The notes below the pieces were generated by a model. The model had not been told where the DNA came from and ran no database searches. It saw nothing but the letters and a program-made list of their open reading frames with translations. Positions 16,521-25,635 of a stretch of DNA of 64,000 nucleotides are shown piece after piece (position 1 is the stretch's first letter; the number at the start of each line of letters is the position of its first letter). This DNA is from a candidate division WWE3 bacterium. GTDB lineage: Bacteria; Patescibacteriota; WWE3; UBA101185; UBA10185. Location: positions 260,588 through 324,587 of the forward strand of contig WJKK01000001.1 of the NCBI GenBank assembly GCA_014729135.1, in the 5' to 3' direction. Both the position numbers and the translations under genes were made by a program.

Positions 16521-16529
16521 GTAAGTAAG
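16506..16529 (+). repeat. tetranucleotide repeat, five to six (GTAA)/(AGTA) units
   Basis: gaagtaagtaagtaagtaagtaagg seen directly; it sits between two in-frame ORFs. Confidence 0.8.
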
Positions 16530-16787
16530 GTGGATATTGCCCTTATTGATGGTACCTTTTTTAGTTTAGATGAGTTACCCGGTAGGGATGTTGCGGAAAT
16601 AGGTCATCCCTTAATTAGAGATAGTATTGAGGAATTGGAAGGCTTGTCTGATATCGGGAAAAAGAAAGTTCATTTTATACACTTTAATCACAGCAATCCT
16701 GTTTTGAGTGCCAAAGGAGAAGCGAGGAAATTTATTGCGGAGGCAGGTTTCAATTTGGCGGAGCAAGGAATGGTATTAGAAATATAA
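16530..16787 (+). CDS. MBL-fold metallo-hydrolase (PqqB-like), C-terminal part; same frame as 15939..16520, GTG start
   Basis: Continuation of the beta-lactamase-fold C-terminal region (HFIHFNHSNP); both ORFs start at positions divisible by 3. Confidence 0.45.
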   Translation: MDIALIDGTFFSLDELPGRDVAEIGHPLIRDSIEELEGLSDIGKKKVHFIHFNHSNPVLSAKGEARKFIAEAGFNLAEQGMVLEI

Positions 16788-16797
16788 CTAAGAGTAT

Positions 16798-16883
16798 CCG
16801 GGGATACCAAAGTGGTCAACTGGGGCGGTCTGTAAAACCGCTGGCTTTTGCCTACGCTGGTTCGAATCCAGCTCCCCGGACCA
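16798..16883 (+). tRNA. tRNA-Tyr (anticodon GUA), long variable arm, CCA encoded
   Basis: Acceptor ccgggga/tccccgg; anticodon stem gcggt/accgc with loop CUGUAAA; variable arm tggcttttgcctacgctgg; T-arm gctgg-ttcgaat-ccagc. Confidence 0.8.
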
Positions 16884-16893
16884 ATTTAGAACT

Positions 16894-17976
16894 ATGAAAA
16901 AAGAAGTTAAGAGAAATAAAATTCAGAGGGATTACACGCGCCAAGTGCCTAATCCGGAAGATTTTCAGAGATTTGACCTCTCCGGGGGTAATCCTTGGTT
17001 CCGCGATTTGATTGATGAATGGGTCAGGGAGCTTCCTTTAGATACCCTTATTCATTTTCCTGATAATTTTTCTCGAGTTAAAGCTTTATTAGCGGATTGG
17101 TTAGGTGTTCCTTCTGATATGTTATTCATCAATAATGGTAGCGATTCTATTATAGAGTTACTCCCTAGAGTATTTTTAAAGAGTGATGCCTCTGTAGTCG
17201 TTCCCGTGCCCACCTTCTTTAGATTTATTCAGGCCTCGGAGCGTAATTGCAACAATGTCATAAAAGTTCGTTTTGGAAATAATTTTGTTTGGACACCTGC
17301 GTTTCTTGAACGTTTTTTAACCTCTGTGAACGATCCCTCAGTAAAGCTTGCTTGGTTGGCCAGTCCTAATAACCCCACAGGACTATGTATTCCCCCAGCA
17401 ATGTTAAAAGAAGTTCTTCGTACTGGAAAGCTTGTCGTTTTAGATAGGGCTTTAAATGGATTTGCCCCCGATTTGAGGAAGGACACCTATCTATTAGAGG
17501 AATATCCCAATTTGATTATCTTATCAAGTTTCTCGAAGAATTTCGGGTTGGCGGGATTACGCTTTGGGTTTAGTTTAGCCTCTCCCTCAAATACGCAAAA
17601 ATTGAGGGAATATTCCCTGCCCTTTACCGTTTCCGGTCCTTCTCTGTGGTTTATGGAACGCTTTTTACACTGTCTTGTCCAAGGTGTTGTTTCTGGTGAG
17701 GACTCGGCATCTATCGAGTCTTCGAGGCTTGAGTTAGAGAATTCCCTGCGAACCATCCCGGGATTAGAAGTTGTTTCTGGTTCGCAGGCAAACTTTCTTA
17801 TGTTTCGTCATTCCATGGAGCCTGACTTGTTTGGTAGGTTAAAGGATAGTGGGATTTTAGTTGCTGATTTGAACAATACCTCCGGAATTGAGGGAGAGGG
17901 TTTTGTTCGAATGACCATTCGTAGTGTTTCTGAGAATAGAAAGTTTGTTGAAAAATTAAAGGAGATAGTCGGCTAA
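16894..17976 (+). CDS. class I/II PLP-dependent aminotransferase (HisC/aromatic aminotransferase-like)
   Basis: LASPNNPTG and the PLP-lysine context SFSKNFGLAGLRFG. Confidence 0.75.
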   Translation: MKKEVKRNKIQRDYTRQVPNPEDFQRFDLSGGNPWFRDLIDEWVRELPLDTLIHFPDNFSRVKALLADWLGVPSDMLFINNGSDSIIELLPRVFLKSDASVVVPVPTFFRFIQASERNCNNVIKVRFGNNFVWTPAFLERFLTSVNDPSVKLAWLASPNNPTGLCIPPAMLKEVLRTGKLVVLDRALNGFAPDLRKDTYLLEEYPNLIILSSFSKNFGLAGLRFGFSLASPSNTQKLREYSLPFTVSGPSLWFMERFLHCLVQGVVSGEDSASIESSRLELENSLRTIPGLEVVSGSQANFLMFRHSMEPDLFGRLKDSGILVADLNNTSGIEGEGFVRMTIRSVSENRKFVEKLKEIVG

Positions 17977-17981
17977 GCTGT

Positions 17982-18452
17982 ATGTGGACTTTTGAAAAAA
18001 TAACCTCACTTTTGAGGAGAAGAGGTATTGCTTTTGAAGAAATTCACTTTATGGATGACGGAGCCGTTTCGGCCCGTGCTGCAGATACATCAAAAAACAA
18101 TAACTATGATCCTGACAAGGCTATCAAAACCCTAGTTGTTGTTTCGGGTGACTTCTTGTACGGTGTTGTATTGCGCGCAGATAGTCGCATCGACTCTATC
18201 AAGTTAAAAAAATTGATAGGGAAATGGAGTGTAGTTTCCCTAGATGCTTTAGAGGATTTGGGGTTTGTGCCCGGTGGAGTTAACCCTTTTGTTCTGGATT
18301 TTCCTGTCTTTGCGGATGCTGCAGTTTTGGATTTACCTTTTCTTAGCATGGGTGCCGGTAGTCGAACTAAAGGCATCAACGTTTCTGTATCTGAGTTTGA
18401 AAAAAACCTTGATTATAAAGTTATAGACATAAAGGAGAATGTAAGTACATGA
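17982..18452 (+). CDS. YbaK/ProX-family aminoacyl-tRNA deacylase (trans-editing protein)
   Basis: 156 aa; the KTLVVVSGD...FVPGGVNPF pattern is typical of the YbaK editing domain; it sits directly upstream of tyrS. Confidence 0.6.
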   Translation: MWTFEKITSLLRRRGIAFEEIHFMDDGAVSARAADTSKNNNYDPDKAIKTLVVVSGDFLYGVVLRADSRIDSIKLKKLIGKWSVVSLDALEDLGFVPGGVNPFVLDFPVFADAAVLDLPFLSMGAGSRTKGINVSVSEFEKNLDYKVIDIKENVST

Positions 18453-19582
18453 CTACAAAAGAGAAGTTTAATTTAATTGAGCGTAACACTGAAGAAGTAA
18501 TTATGCCCGAGGAGTTAAAAGGGCTTTTGGATGCAGAGGAAAAGCTTAAGCATTACATTGGTTTCGAGATTTCCGGAAAAATACATTTAGGAACTGGTCT
18601 AATGTGTATGGGTAAAGTAAAAGATTTTATGGAGGCTGGTGTTGAGTGTACGATTTTTTTGGCAGACTGGCATACTTGGATAAACGATAAGTTGGGGGGA
18701 GATATGGAGACAATCCAGGAGATTGCTGTCGGCTATTTTAAGGAGGGTTTGAAAGCCTCCTTGAAAGCCCTCGGAGGCGATCCCGAAAAACTGAATTTTG
18801 TTTTGGGAAGTGAGCTTTACCACAACAATGATGCGTATTGGGCTACCGTTATTGAAGTGTCTAAGAACATAACTTTGTCTCGGAATTTGCGCAGTATCTC
18901 TATTATGGGACGCGAGGAGGGTGAAGGAGTGGATTTTGCTAAATTGATTTATCCACCCATGCAAGTTGCGGATATTTTTGCACAAGGGATTACCTTAGCG
19001 CATGCGGGCATGGATCAGCGTAAGGCCCATGTAGTTATGCGTGACGTTGCGGACAAACTCACTATTTGTCCTGCAAGGAACTCTTTGGGGAAGAAGATCA
19101 AACCCTTAGCAGTGCATCATCCCCTTCTTCTAGGTTTACAGAAACCTCCTATGTGGCCTGTTCCAAAAGAAAAATTGCGTGATGTATGGGCTTCTGCAAA
19201 AATGAGCAAGTCCAAGCCCAAATCTGCTGTTTTTATTACGGATTCTCCTGATGAGATACGGGAAAAGATTCTGGATGCTTTTTGTCCTCAGAACAATGCG
19301 GAGTTTAACCCTGTTTTAGATTGGGTAAAGCGCCTTGTTTTTATGAGCCCTTCGACGATTTTTGAAGTGGATCGCGAAGAAAGGTTTGGGGGTAAAATTT
19401 CTTTTAGCTCTTTTGCGGAAGTAGAAGACGCTTTTGTTTCAGGAGATTTACATTCGCAGGATTTAAAAAGAGCCCTGGCCGAATTTTTGGTAGTTTTGTT
19501 GGAACCTGTTAGGGAGCACTTTGATCTTTCGGAGAATAAAAAGTTATTAGAGCGTATGAACGACTTAGCGATTACTCGTTAG
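18449..19582 (+). CDS. tyrS: tyrosine--tRNA ligase, archaeal/eukaryotic type
   Basis: Near-collinear with Methanocaldococcus TyrRS: FNLIERNTEEV, GFEISGKIHLG (HIGH-like) and KMSKSKP (KMSKS); 377 aa. Confidence 0.85.
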   Translation: MTTKEKFNLIERNTEEVIMPEELKGLLDAEEKLKHYIGFEISGKIHLGTGLMCMGKVKDFMEAGVECTIFLADWHTWINDKLGGDMETIQEIAVGYFKEGLKASLKALGGDPEKLNFVLGSELYHNNDAYWATVIEVSKNITLSRNLRSISIMGREEGEGVDFAKLIYPPMQVADIFAQGITLAHAGMDQRKAHVVMRDVADKLTICPARNSLGKKIKPLAVHHPLLLGLQKPPMWPVPKEKLRDVWASAKMSKSKPKSAVFITDSPDEIREKILDAFCPQNNAEFNPVLDWVKRLVFMSPSTIFEVDREERFGGKISFSSFAEVEDAFVSGDLHSQDLKRALAEFLVVLLEPVREHFDLSENKKLLERMNDLAITR

Positions 19583-19597
19583 AATCTCTTAATGAAA

Positions 19598-19632
19598 CGA
19601 GAAACCCCGGAAAATCCGGGGTTTCTTTGTTT
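19598..19632 (+). terminator. bidirectional rho-independent terminator between tyrS and hsp20
   Basis: gaaaccccgg-aaaat-ccggggtttc followed by TTTGTTT. Confidence 0.55.
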
Positions 19633-19655
19633 AGAGCTTTATTATTCTTAAAGCC

Positions 19656-20075
19656 CTACTTGCTCGTTTTAACCTCAATCTTCTTTCGTTTCTCCTCCTC
19701 TGCAATAGGAACCGTAATCTTTAGGAGACCTTGATTCACTTCCGCTTCTGCCTTATCAGCATTCACACCACGAGGCAAATTAACAGAGTATCGGAAAGAT
19801 CGTTGACGAGTCTCTCGGTAAACAGCTGTCTTTTCATCCCTTTCCTCCTGGGTTTCCGCCGTAGAAGCCTCAATAGTTAGAACATTTCCTTCGACAGAAA
19901 TGTCCACATCTTCCTCAGGAATTCCGGGGACTTGCGCCTCTACAACAACGTTTTCATCCGTTTCGTAGACGTCCAAACCGGAACTAGCGGGAGAGCCTCC
20001 CCAAAAGGGTTCCATCCAGTTGTCATCATCAAAAAATGAAGTGGGGAAATAAGGATTCCATTTTACAATTGCCAT
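19656..20075 (-). CDS. Hsp20/alpha-crystallin family small heat-shock protein
   Basis: 139 aa; alpha-crystallin domain pattern (VYETDENVVVEAQVPGI...GLLKITVP). Confidence 0.85.
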   Translation of the reverse strand: MAIVKWNPYFPTSFFDDDNWMEPFWGGSPASSGLDVYETDENVVVEAQVPGIPEEDVDISVEGNVLTIEASTAETQEERDEKTAVYRETRQRSFRYSVNLPRGVNADKAEAEVNQGLLKITVPIAEEEKRKKIEVKTSK

Positions 20076-20233
20076 GTTTTTTGCTTCACCTCCTTTTATA
20101 ACTTTGTAGATTAAAGATAAAATTTAGTGTTTAGGTTTCCGTTAAGCTTTTGTAAGAGTTGTGTAAGCCAACGGAGTTTCTTTTTTCTCTTCCTGCGCAC
20201 TTATTATCAGTCTAGTACTACAAGTGCCAAGTG

Positions 20234-21097
20234 TCAAGCAATTTTTGTTGAAATATTTTTGAATTTCTCCAAAATGGCTTCTGTTTTGTCGTCTCTATTA
20301 AAGTGGATAAACTTCAATGAAATTTGCTCACTTGTTATTTTCTTTGACATGTAAAACTTTTGCCCAATAAACGCAAAATATTCCAAAACATCCAAAACCC
20401 CAAAATTAAAATTCTTCTTTTTTTCCGGGGTTTGCCACCTAAAATTTGGGAAAAAACCCTTAATCCATGAATTAGCCTCCAAAAACCTCAAATAAGTATC
20501 CCTTTTATCCAAAATCGGCTGCATTCTTACAATTTCAGAAGCCACATACAAATTTTGCCTCTTACTATCCCACGCCAGATTATCTTCAGTAACAAGCAAA
20601 TTAGGGCACACTTTTCCCGCAGGATTCTTATCCGTTCGATACTTTCCCAAAGCCTTCAAATACAAAAACACAAAAAAACGCGTCAACCATAATCGTCTTT
20701 TTTTAGAAACAATGAAAACATCCACATCCCCTTTTTTATCCGGATTAGCAGCAGCTAGCGGTCCTGTTAAAGCAATCATTTGAATCCAGGGAATCTTCTG
20801 CAAAACTTCCAAAATCTCTACATCCTCTTTTACCTTTTTTTTAGTCAGCTTCAACTTCTTATCCCATTTAACCGTATGTTTACCAAAAAGATGATATTTC
20901 CCGTATTTTTGAGAAATCTTTTTTTGCTTTTCCAGTTGCCGAAGAGCTTTAACAAACTTTTTGTACTCATTAACTTCCGCTCCCACATAAGTCCCAAGTT
21001 GGTGAAAGCTTAGAGGATATTTGAAAACTGCGGAATAAGCCAGGGTCTCAAGAATAGCTTTTTTAAGGGTTTTAATATCAGGAGATTTTTTACTCAT
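20234..21097 (-). CDS. hypothetical protein with N-terminal wHTH-like region and a nucleotidyltransferase-like core
   Basis: GDVDVFIVSKK resembles the Pol-beta-type NTase GS...DxD motif; otherwise unrecognised. Confidence 0.3.
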   Translation of the reverse strand: MSKKSPDIKTLKKAILETLAYSAVFKYPLSFHQLGTYVGAEVNEYKKFVKALRQLEKQKKISQKYGKYHLFGKHTVKWDKKLKLTKKKVKEDVEILEVLQKIPWIQMIALTGPLAAANPDKKGDVDVFIVSKKRRLWLTRFFVFLYLKALGKYRTDKNPAGKVCPNLLVTEDNLAWDSKRQNLYVASEIVRMQPILDKRDTYLRFLEANSWIKGFFPNFRWQTPEKKKNFNFGVLDVLEYFAFIGQKFYMSKKITSEQISLKFIHFNRDDKTEAILEKFKNISTKIA

Positions 21098-21175
21098 TTA
21101 ACTTAGCCCTTCCTTTGTTTTTGTAAGGTTTGTCAAAGCGTGTTTTTAAAAAGCTCCCTAAAATTAAGAAGAAAT

Positions 21176-21601
21176 TTAAACCTTGGAATTATCTAAAACC
21201 TCATTTACCAAAGCGTCCGCTTTCTTATTTTTCTCACGAGGAACGTGTTTGTAGGCCACGCGCTCTAACTCCAATTCCAAAGCCTTAATCTCATCAAAAA
21301 ACACCTTCAGCCTAGCATTTTTCATTTTATAAATTCCCCGAAGCTGTTTAACAATTAATTCACTATCTAAATAACATACCAACTGTTTAGCCCCCGCCCT
21401 AAGAGCAGCCTTCATTCCCAAAACTAAAGCAGCATACTCTGCTTCATTATTAGTAGCCTTTCCAAGATAAGTTCCCATTTCCTTTACAAAGCTTTTATCA
21501 GGGGTGCATAAAAACACTCCCGTTGCTGCCGGTCCCGGATTGCCTCTAGAACCTCCATCTGTAAATAAAACAAACTTGTTATTTAAATTTTTCGATTTCA
21601 T
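21176..21601 (-). CDS. rnhA: ribonuclease HI
   Basis: FTDGGSRGNPGPAATGV, EAEYAALVLGMKAA, YLDSELIVKQL catalytic DEDD context. Confidence 0.85.
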   Translation of the reverse strand: MKSKNLNNKFVLFTDGGSRGNPGPAATGVFLCTPDKSFVKEMGTYLGKATNNEAEYAALVLGMKAALRAGAKQLVCYLDSELIVKQLRGIYKMKNARLKVFFDEIKALELELERVAYKHVPREKNKKADALVNEVLDNSKV

Positions 21602-21627
21602 TTTTTAATAGCCTTTCTAATTTAATT

Positions 21628-22245
21628 TTAATTTTGCGCCTCTTTTAAATAATCCTTTAGTGCTAGGAAAAACACACCTAATCCCCAAGTCATAAGTCCC
21701 CCAACAGCAGAAAACACATAAAGATTTCTATAACCTTCCTGAATAACCGGCTTTTCCTTTACACGCGTAATTTTAAGCTGAGGATCCCCTTGAAGGTTAA
21801 TCTCTTTTGAAGTGTTTTCAATATTTAATGTCAAAGCTTCCCAAATTTTTGCAGCATTTTCAGAGGAGTTGTTTTTAACTTCCAGGCCCACCAATTGAGG
21901 TCCTCCATCTTTAACCCGAATTTTTCTTTCTAAATTTCGCAGATTTTTATCCGTAACAGGAATTTCCAAAGTTTCCAAAGCTTTAGCATGTAAAACCTCA
22001 TTTTCCAGAAGGCCTCTAACAGTGTCCGCATAAGACAAAGCTGTTTGCTGCGCATAATATCCTGAATAAGTGTAAAACTCTGCAGACTCTTCCGGGATTC
22101 GCGACACAAATAAAGTCCCTTTACTAACAAAACTTTTCGGTAGCGCAAAAAACGCAGTCCCTCCCAAAATCAACCCGCAAATAAAAAACACCGCTAAATT
22201 TTTCGCCGGCCTCTTAAAAAACTCAAAAAATTCCTTTAGTTCCAT
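21628..22245 (-). CDS. Wzz-like polysaccharide co-polymerase / chain-length determinant (short form)
   Basis: TM helices at both termini flanking a periplasmic-type domain; glycan-gene neighbourhood. Confidence 0.4.
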   Translation of the reverse strand: MELKEFFEFFKRPAKNLAVFFICGLILGGTAFFALPKSFVSKGTLFVSRIPEESAEFYTYSGYYAQQTALSYADTVRGLLENEVLHAKALETLEIPVTDKNLRNLERKIRVKDGGPQLVGLEVKNNSSENAAKIWEALTLNIENTSKEINLQGDPQLKITRVKEKPVIQEGYRNLYVFSAVGGLMTWGLGVFFLALKDYLKEAQN

Positions 22246-22305
22246 AAAAACATTATATCGAATAAATTTTTGTTATATACTTAAATTAGTTTAACGACTG
22301 CCCGT

Positions 22306-25300
22306 ATGTCTAAAAATAGTGTTATTAAAAAATCGCCTTTGGCGCCAACTGTTCTTGTTGCCAATGGAATTTCCTTTCTTGGCCTTAATTTGTGCTCTGC
22401 TTTGCTTGATAAAGGTGCTCGAGTTGTTGTTATAGATCAAGTGGATGAGGAGGTTCGTTCTCGTGCAAAGAAGCTTTTGGCACATCCTAATTTTGCTTTG
22501 TTTAATGCGGATCCTGAGCAGGGGGTTCCCGACAAGATTCAATCTGTTGACTACATTTTTTCGCTGACGTATCCGGATGATTATACGCTGAAAAATCGTA
22601 ATTTGGTTTCGGAGGCTTTTGCTACTAAGAGTTTGCTGGATCTGGCTGTTAAGTCTAAGGCTCGTTTTGCTCTTGTGGAGCCGCTGTTTTATAAGAAGGT
22701 GTCTTCAAAGGAGGGGTCTCGGGGGAAGAGGTCTTCGTCGTTTTCACAGGCGGAAACTTTCTCTAGCCGTCATCCTGAACTTGATTCAGGATCCACCGCA
22801 CAAGACAACGATCAGGCAGGCTACACCTACAGAAAAAACAGCTCCTTTTTGCGGTCGCTAATTTGGGATTACATTGAAAATCGTAAACTGAATGGCCGCA
22901 TTATTCGTCTGCCCGTAATTTATGGTCCCGGCATGCCTTTGGAGTCTTCGATTGGATTAACTCGGTTTTTAAGCGCGCTTTTGCAAGGGAAGAACTTTAA
23001 AATTTTTGGAGACGGTGTTGCAAAAGGGCATTATTTGTATATTGATGAGGCTGTTGAGGGTATTATTAAGCCCTTGTTTTATAAGCGCACTTCAGGAAGG
23101 ATCTTTAAGGTTTTAGGCAGTGACTCTCATGCGGATTTGGAGTTGGCTTTTATTTTGAAGGGTTTGGCTAGTGGTGAGGTGAATTTGGAGTATGGTGAGG
23201 GGGGTTATGCGGAATTTGTTTTTGATACTTTTTTAGGGGAGGCAGTTCCTCGTTGGGAGCAGGAGGTTTCTTTAAAGGAGGGTTTGCAGCAAACCTTGGA
23301 AGGCTTTGGTTATGCGGTAAATGAGCATGCGTTTAAGCCTACAAAGGTGCTTGAGAATAAGTTGCGGGAACGTGAGGAGGTTGAGGCTATTAATTCTTTG
23401 TTGGGGTTGAAGCGCGATCAGGAGGAGGAGATTGCTTCGGGAGAGGTTGCGTATCCGGATGGTCTGGGAGTTTCTCTGCCTTCTTTACCTCGGCTGAGAT
23501 TGCCAAAAATAAAGCTGCCAAAGTTGAGTTTGCCGAAATTAGAGTTCCCGTTTTTCAAGGGAAGGATTCTCAAAGGAAGGTCAGCAAGGGTCAAAAAAAC
23601 CTCCGCAGTGAAATCCAAAAAGACGTCATCCCGGACCTCGACCCGGGAGCCTTCCCCAAAGGCAACCGGCTTCAAAAACGCCGGCTTTAATACAGCTCCT
23701 TCCAAAATCGGCACTGGCTTTAAAGGAACTTGGGTAGGCTATCTAATCACATTTTTAATCTTCATCTTCCTTTTCACACTGGGAGCTCCTTTAGGTCTAA
23801 CCGCCTACTCACTTAAAAAAGCAGCCACCTCTCTAGAAGAAGTTTCGCTTACAATGGCGCAATTGCAGACGAATACCTCCAAAGAATCTGCGGGAGACGC
23901 TTTTGCCAACTTGCATAAAGCTAAAAACTCCTTCAAGCGTTTAAGCTGGGTTTTTACAATCACCGGCCAAAAAGATACATACAAATCCTTGGATAACTTG
24001 TTGGACTCAGTCACCTATTTTACGGGCGCTTTATATCGCTCCTCTAAAGCCTTAGACCCCTTCAGCTCTACTTGGGATGTTCTCAACCCCAACTCCCCAG
24101 AGGTTTTTGCAACGGAAGACTTTGAAGCTAGTCGGCAAGAACTCTCCTATGCTCGCAACACGTTGGATCAGGCTTTGGCAAGCTTTAAGACAGTGCAGCG
24201 TGAAAATCTCCCAAAATTTGTGCAACCAAAATACGACGAATACGCCACTGTTTTGACTAAAGCGGATTCCTTCCTAAGAGATGCCTTGCTGCTTACCAGG
24301 GCGCTTCCCGACGTTGTAGGAGTAGATAGCGAAAAAGAGTATTTGCTGCTTTTACAAAACTCCAATGAGTTGCGCCCCACAGGAGGTTTTATAGGTTCGT
24401 ATGCAACCTTAAGCTTAAAAGAAGGAAAAATTCGCGAACTCACTTTAGATGACATTTATAATCCGGATGGCCAAATTGACAGTCGCGAGATTGTTTCAGA
24501 AATTCCCACGCCTTTAGCGGAATTTTTGGACGAGGAATACCTGCATATTAGAAATGCAAACTGGGATCCTGACTTTCCCACAAGTGTTGACCGTATAGAG
24601 GATCTCTTTTTTAAACTTGAAAATCGTACTTTTGATGGTGTTATAGCCCTAGATTTAAATTTCATTCAGTCGCTTTTGGATGTAACGGGTCCTGTCTTTT
24701 TGGCGGCTTATAACGAGGAAATAAATTCGGAAAATCTATATGAGCGCACGCAATATTACAGCGAGTTTGACTATCAAGAAGGGATTAGTGATAAGCGAGG
24801 CTTCTTGACGGTTTTAGGAAGCAAGCTTTTGGAGCAGGTTTTTGCGTTACCTTCAGAGGAGCTTCCGGAGTTTACTTCGCAAGTTTATCAAGCCTTAGAA
24901 GAGCGTCATCTGCTGGTTTCTTTGGATAATCCCACGATGTCTAACTTTTTGGCGGAGCGCAAGTGGGATGGGGCTATGGTGACTCCCGAGAAGGACTATT
25001 TAATGGTGGTGAACGCCAATTTGGGAGGTACTAAGGCGAACTATTTTGTGGAAAATTCTTATGATTATTCGGTTACGTCGGATACGCGTGATGGTTTGCT
25101 GCGGGCTCAGCTGGATTTGAGTTATAAGCACAATGGCCTTGATAATGCTTGGCCGGGCGGTCCTTATACTGATTATGCGCGTGTGTATGTTCCGCGAGGG
25201 GCTAAGCTTACGGGAGCAACTCAAAGTTTTGATAATGCTGTTCCGGAGAACGTCTTTGAGGAGGTTACGGCTTATGCAGAAGGAGATTATACGGTTTTTG

Positions 25301-25578
25301 CTTTTGATTTTGTTTTGGAGCCTCAGCAGGAGGCGCGTTTTGAGTTGAACTATGATTTGCCCGAAGCTTTGTCTTTTAGTAAGGAGAGCAAGGAGTATGC
25401 GCTGTATTGGCAGAAGCAACCGGGAACTAGTGAGGATGTTTTTAGGTTTGATTTTAAAGGACCTTTTGGAACTGAGATTGTTTCTTACAGCCCTGCCGGA
25501 GTGGTTAAGGAGAAGAATATTGCTGCTTATGAAGGTCTTTTGCAGTCGGACCAATCTGTTGACCTGGTGCTGAAATAG
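22306..25578 (+). CDS. large fusion protein: degenerate SDR/epimerase-like N-domain, basic LPKL-repeat linker, one TM helix, DUF4012-like extracytoplasmic domain
   Basis: N-terminal Rossmann-like domain with a degenerate GxxGxxG (VLVANGISFLGLNL); LPKIKLPKLSLPKLEFP repeats; TM GTWVGYLITFLIFIFLF; NSNELRPTGGFIGSYA motif recalled as a DUF4012 hallmark. Confidence 0.5.
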   Translation: MSKNSVIKKSPLAPTVLVANGISFLGLNLCSALLDKGARVVVIDQVDEEVRSRAKKLLAHPNFALFNADPEQGVPDKIQSVDYIFSLTYPDDYTLKNRNLVSEAFATKSLLDLAVKSKARFALVEPLFYKKVSSKEGSRGKRSSSFSQAETFSSRHPELDSGSTAQDNDQAGYTYRKNSSFLRSLIWDYIENRKLNGRIIRLPVIYGPGMPLESSIGLTRFLSALLQGKNFKIFGDGVAKGHYLYIDEAVEGIIKPLFYKRTSGRIFKVLGSDSHADLELAFILKGLASGEVNLEYGEGGYAEFVFDTFLGEAVPRWEQEVSLKEGLQQTLEGFGYAVNEHAFKPTKVLENKLREREEVEAINSLLGLKRDQEEEIASGEVAYPDGLGVSLPSLPRLRLPKIKLPKLSLPKLEFPFFKGRILKGRSARVKKTSAVKSKKTSSRTSTREPSPKATGFKNAGFNTAPSKIGTGFKGTWVGYLITFLIFIFLFTLGAPLGLTAYSLKKAATSLEEVSLTMAQLQTNTSKESAGDAFANLHKAKNSFKRLSWVFTITGQKDTYKSLDNLLDSVTYFTGALYRSSKALDPFSSTWDVLNPNSPEVFATEDFEASRQELSYARNTLDQALASFKTVQRENLPKFVQPKYDEYATVLTKADSFLRDALLLTRALPDVVGVDSEKEYLLLLQNSNELRPTGGFIGSYATLSLKEGKIRELTLDDIYNPDGQIDSREIVSEIPTPLAEFLDEEYLHIRNANWDPDFPTSVDRIEDLFFKLENRTFDGVIALDLNFIQSLLDVTGPVFLAAYNEEINSENLYERTQYYSEFDYQEGISDKRGFLTVLGSKLLEQVFALPSEELPEFTSQVYQALEERHLLVSLDNPTMSNFLAERKWDGAMVTPEKDYLMVVNANLGGTKANYFVENSYDYSVTSDTRDGLLRAQLDLSYKHNGLDNAWPGGPYTDYARVYVPRGAKLTGATQSFDNAVPENVFEEVTAYAEGDYTVFAFDFVLEPQQEARFELNYDLPEALSFSKESKEYALYWQKQPGTSEDVFRFDFKGPFGTEIVSYSPAGVVKEKNIAAYEGLLQSDQSVDLVLK

Positions 25579-25635
25579 CCTCCCGGAGTGATTTCTTTTA
25601 TTCACAATAGTTTGTAGAACCTCTATAATAAGGAA

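Noticed and set aside
16506-16529. phase-variable on/off switch by GTAA slippage
   Set aside because: Every frame through three or more GTAA units contains TAA, so changing the repeat number cannot restore an uninterrupted ORF. It is reported instead as a gene split or pseudogene.
25000-25605. 201-aa minus-strand ORF
   Set aside because: Antisense to the continuous 1090-aa fusion gene. It has basic low-complexity composition and no SD.
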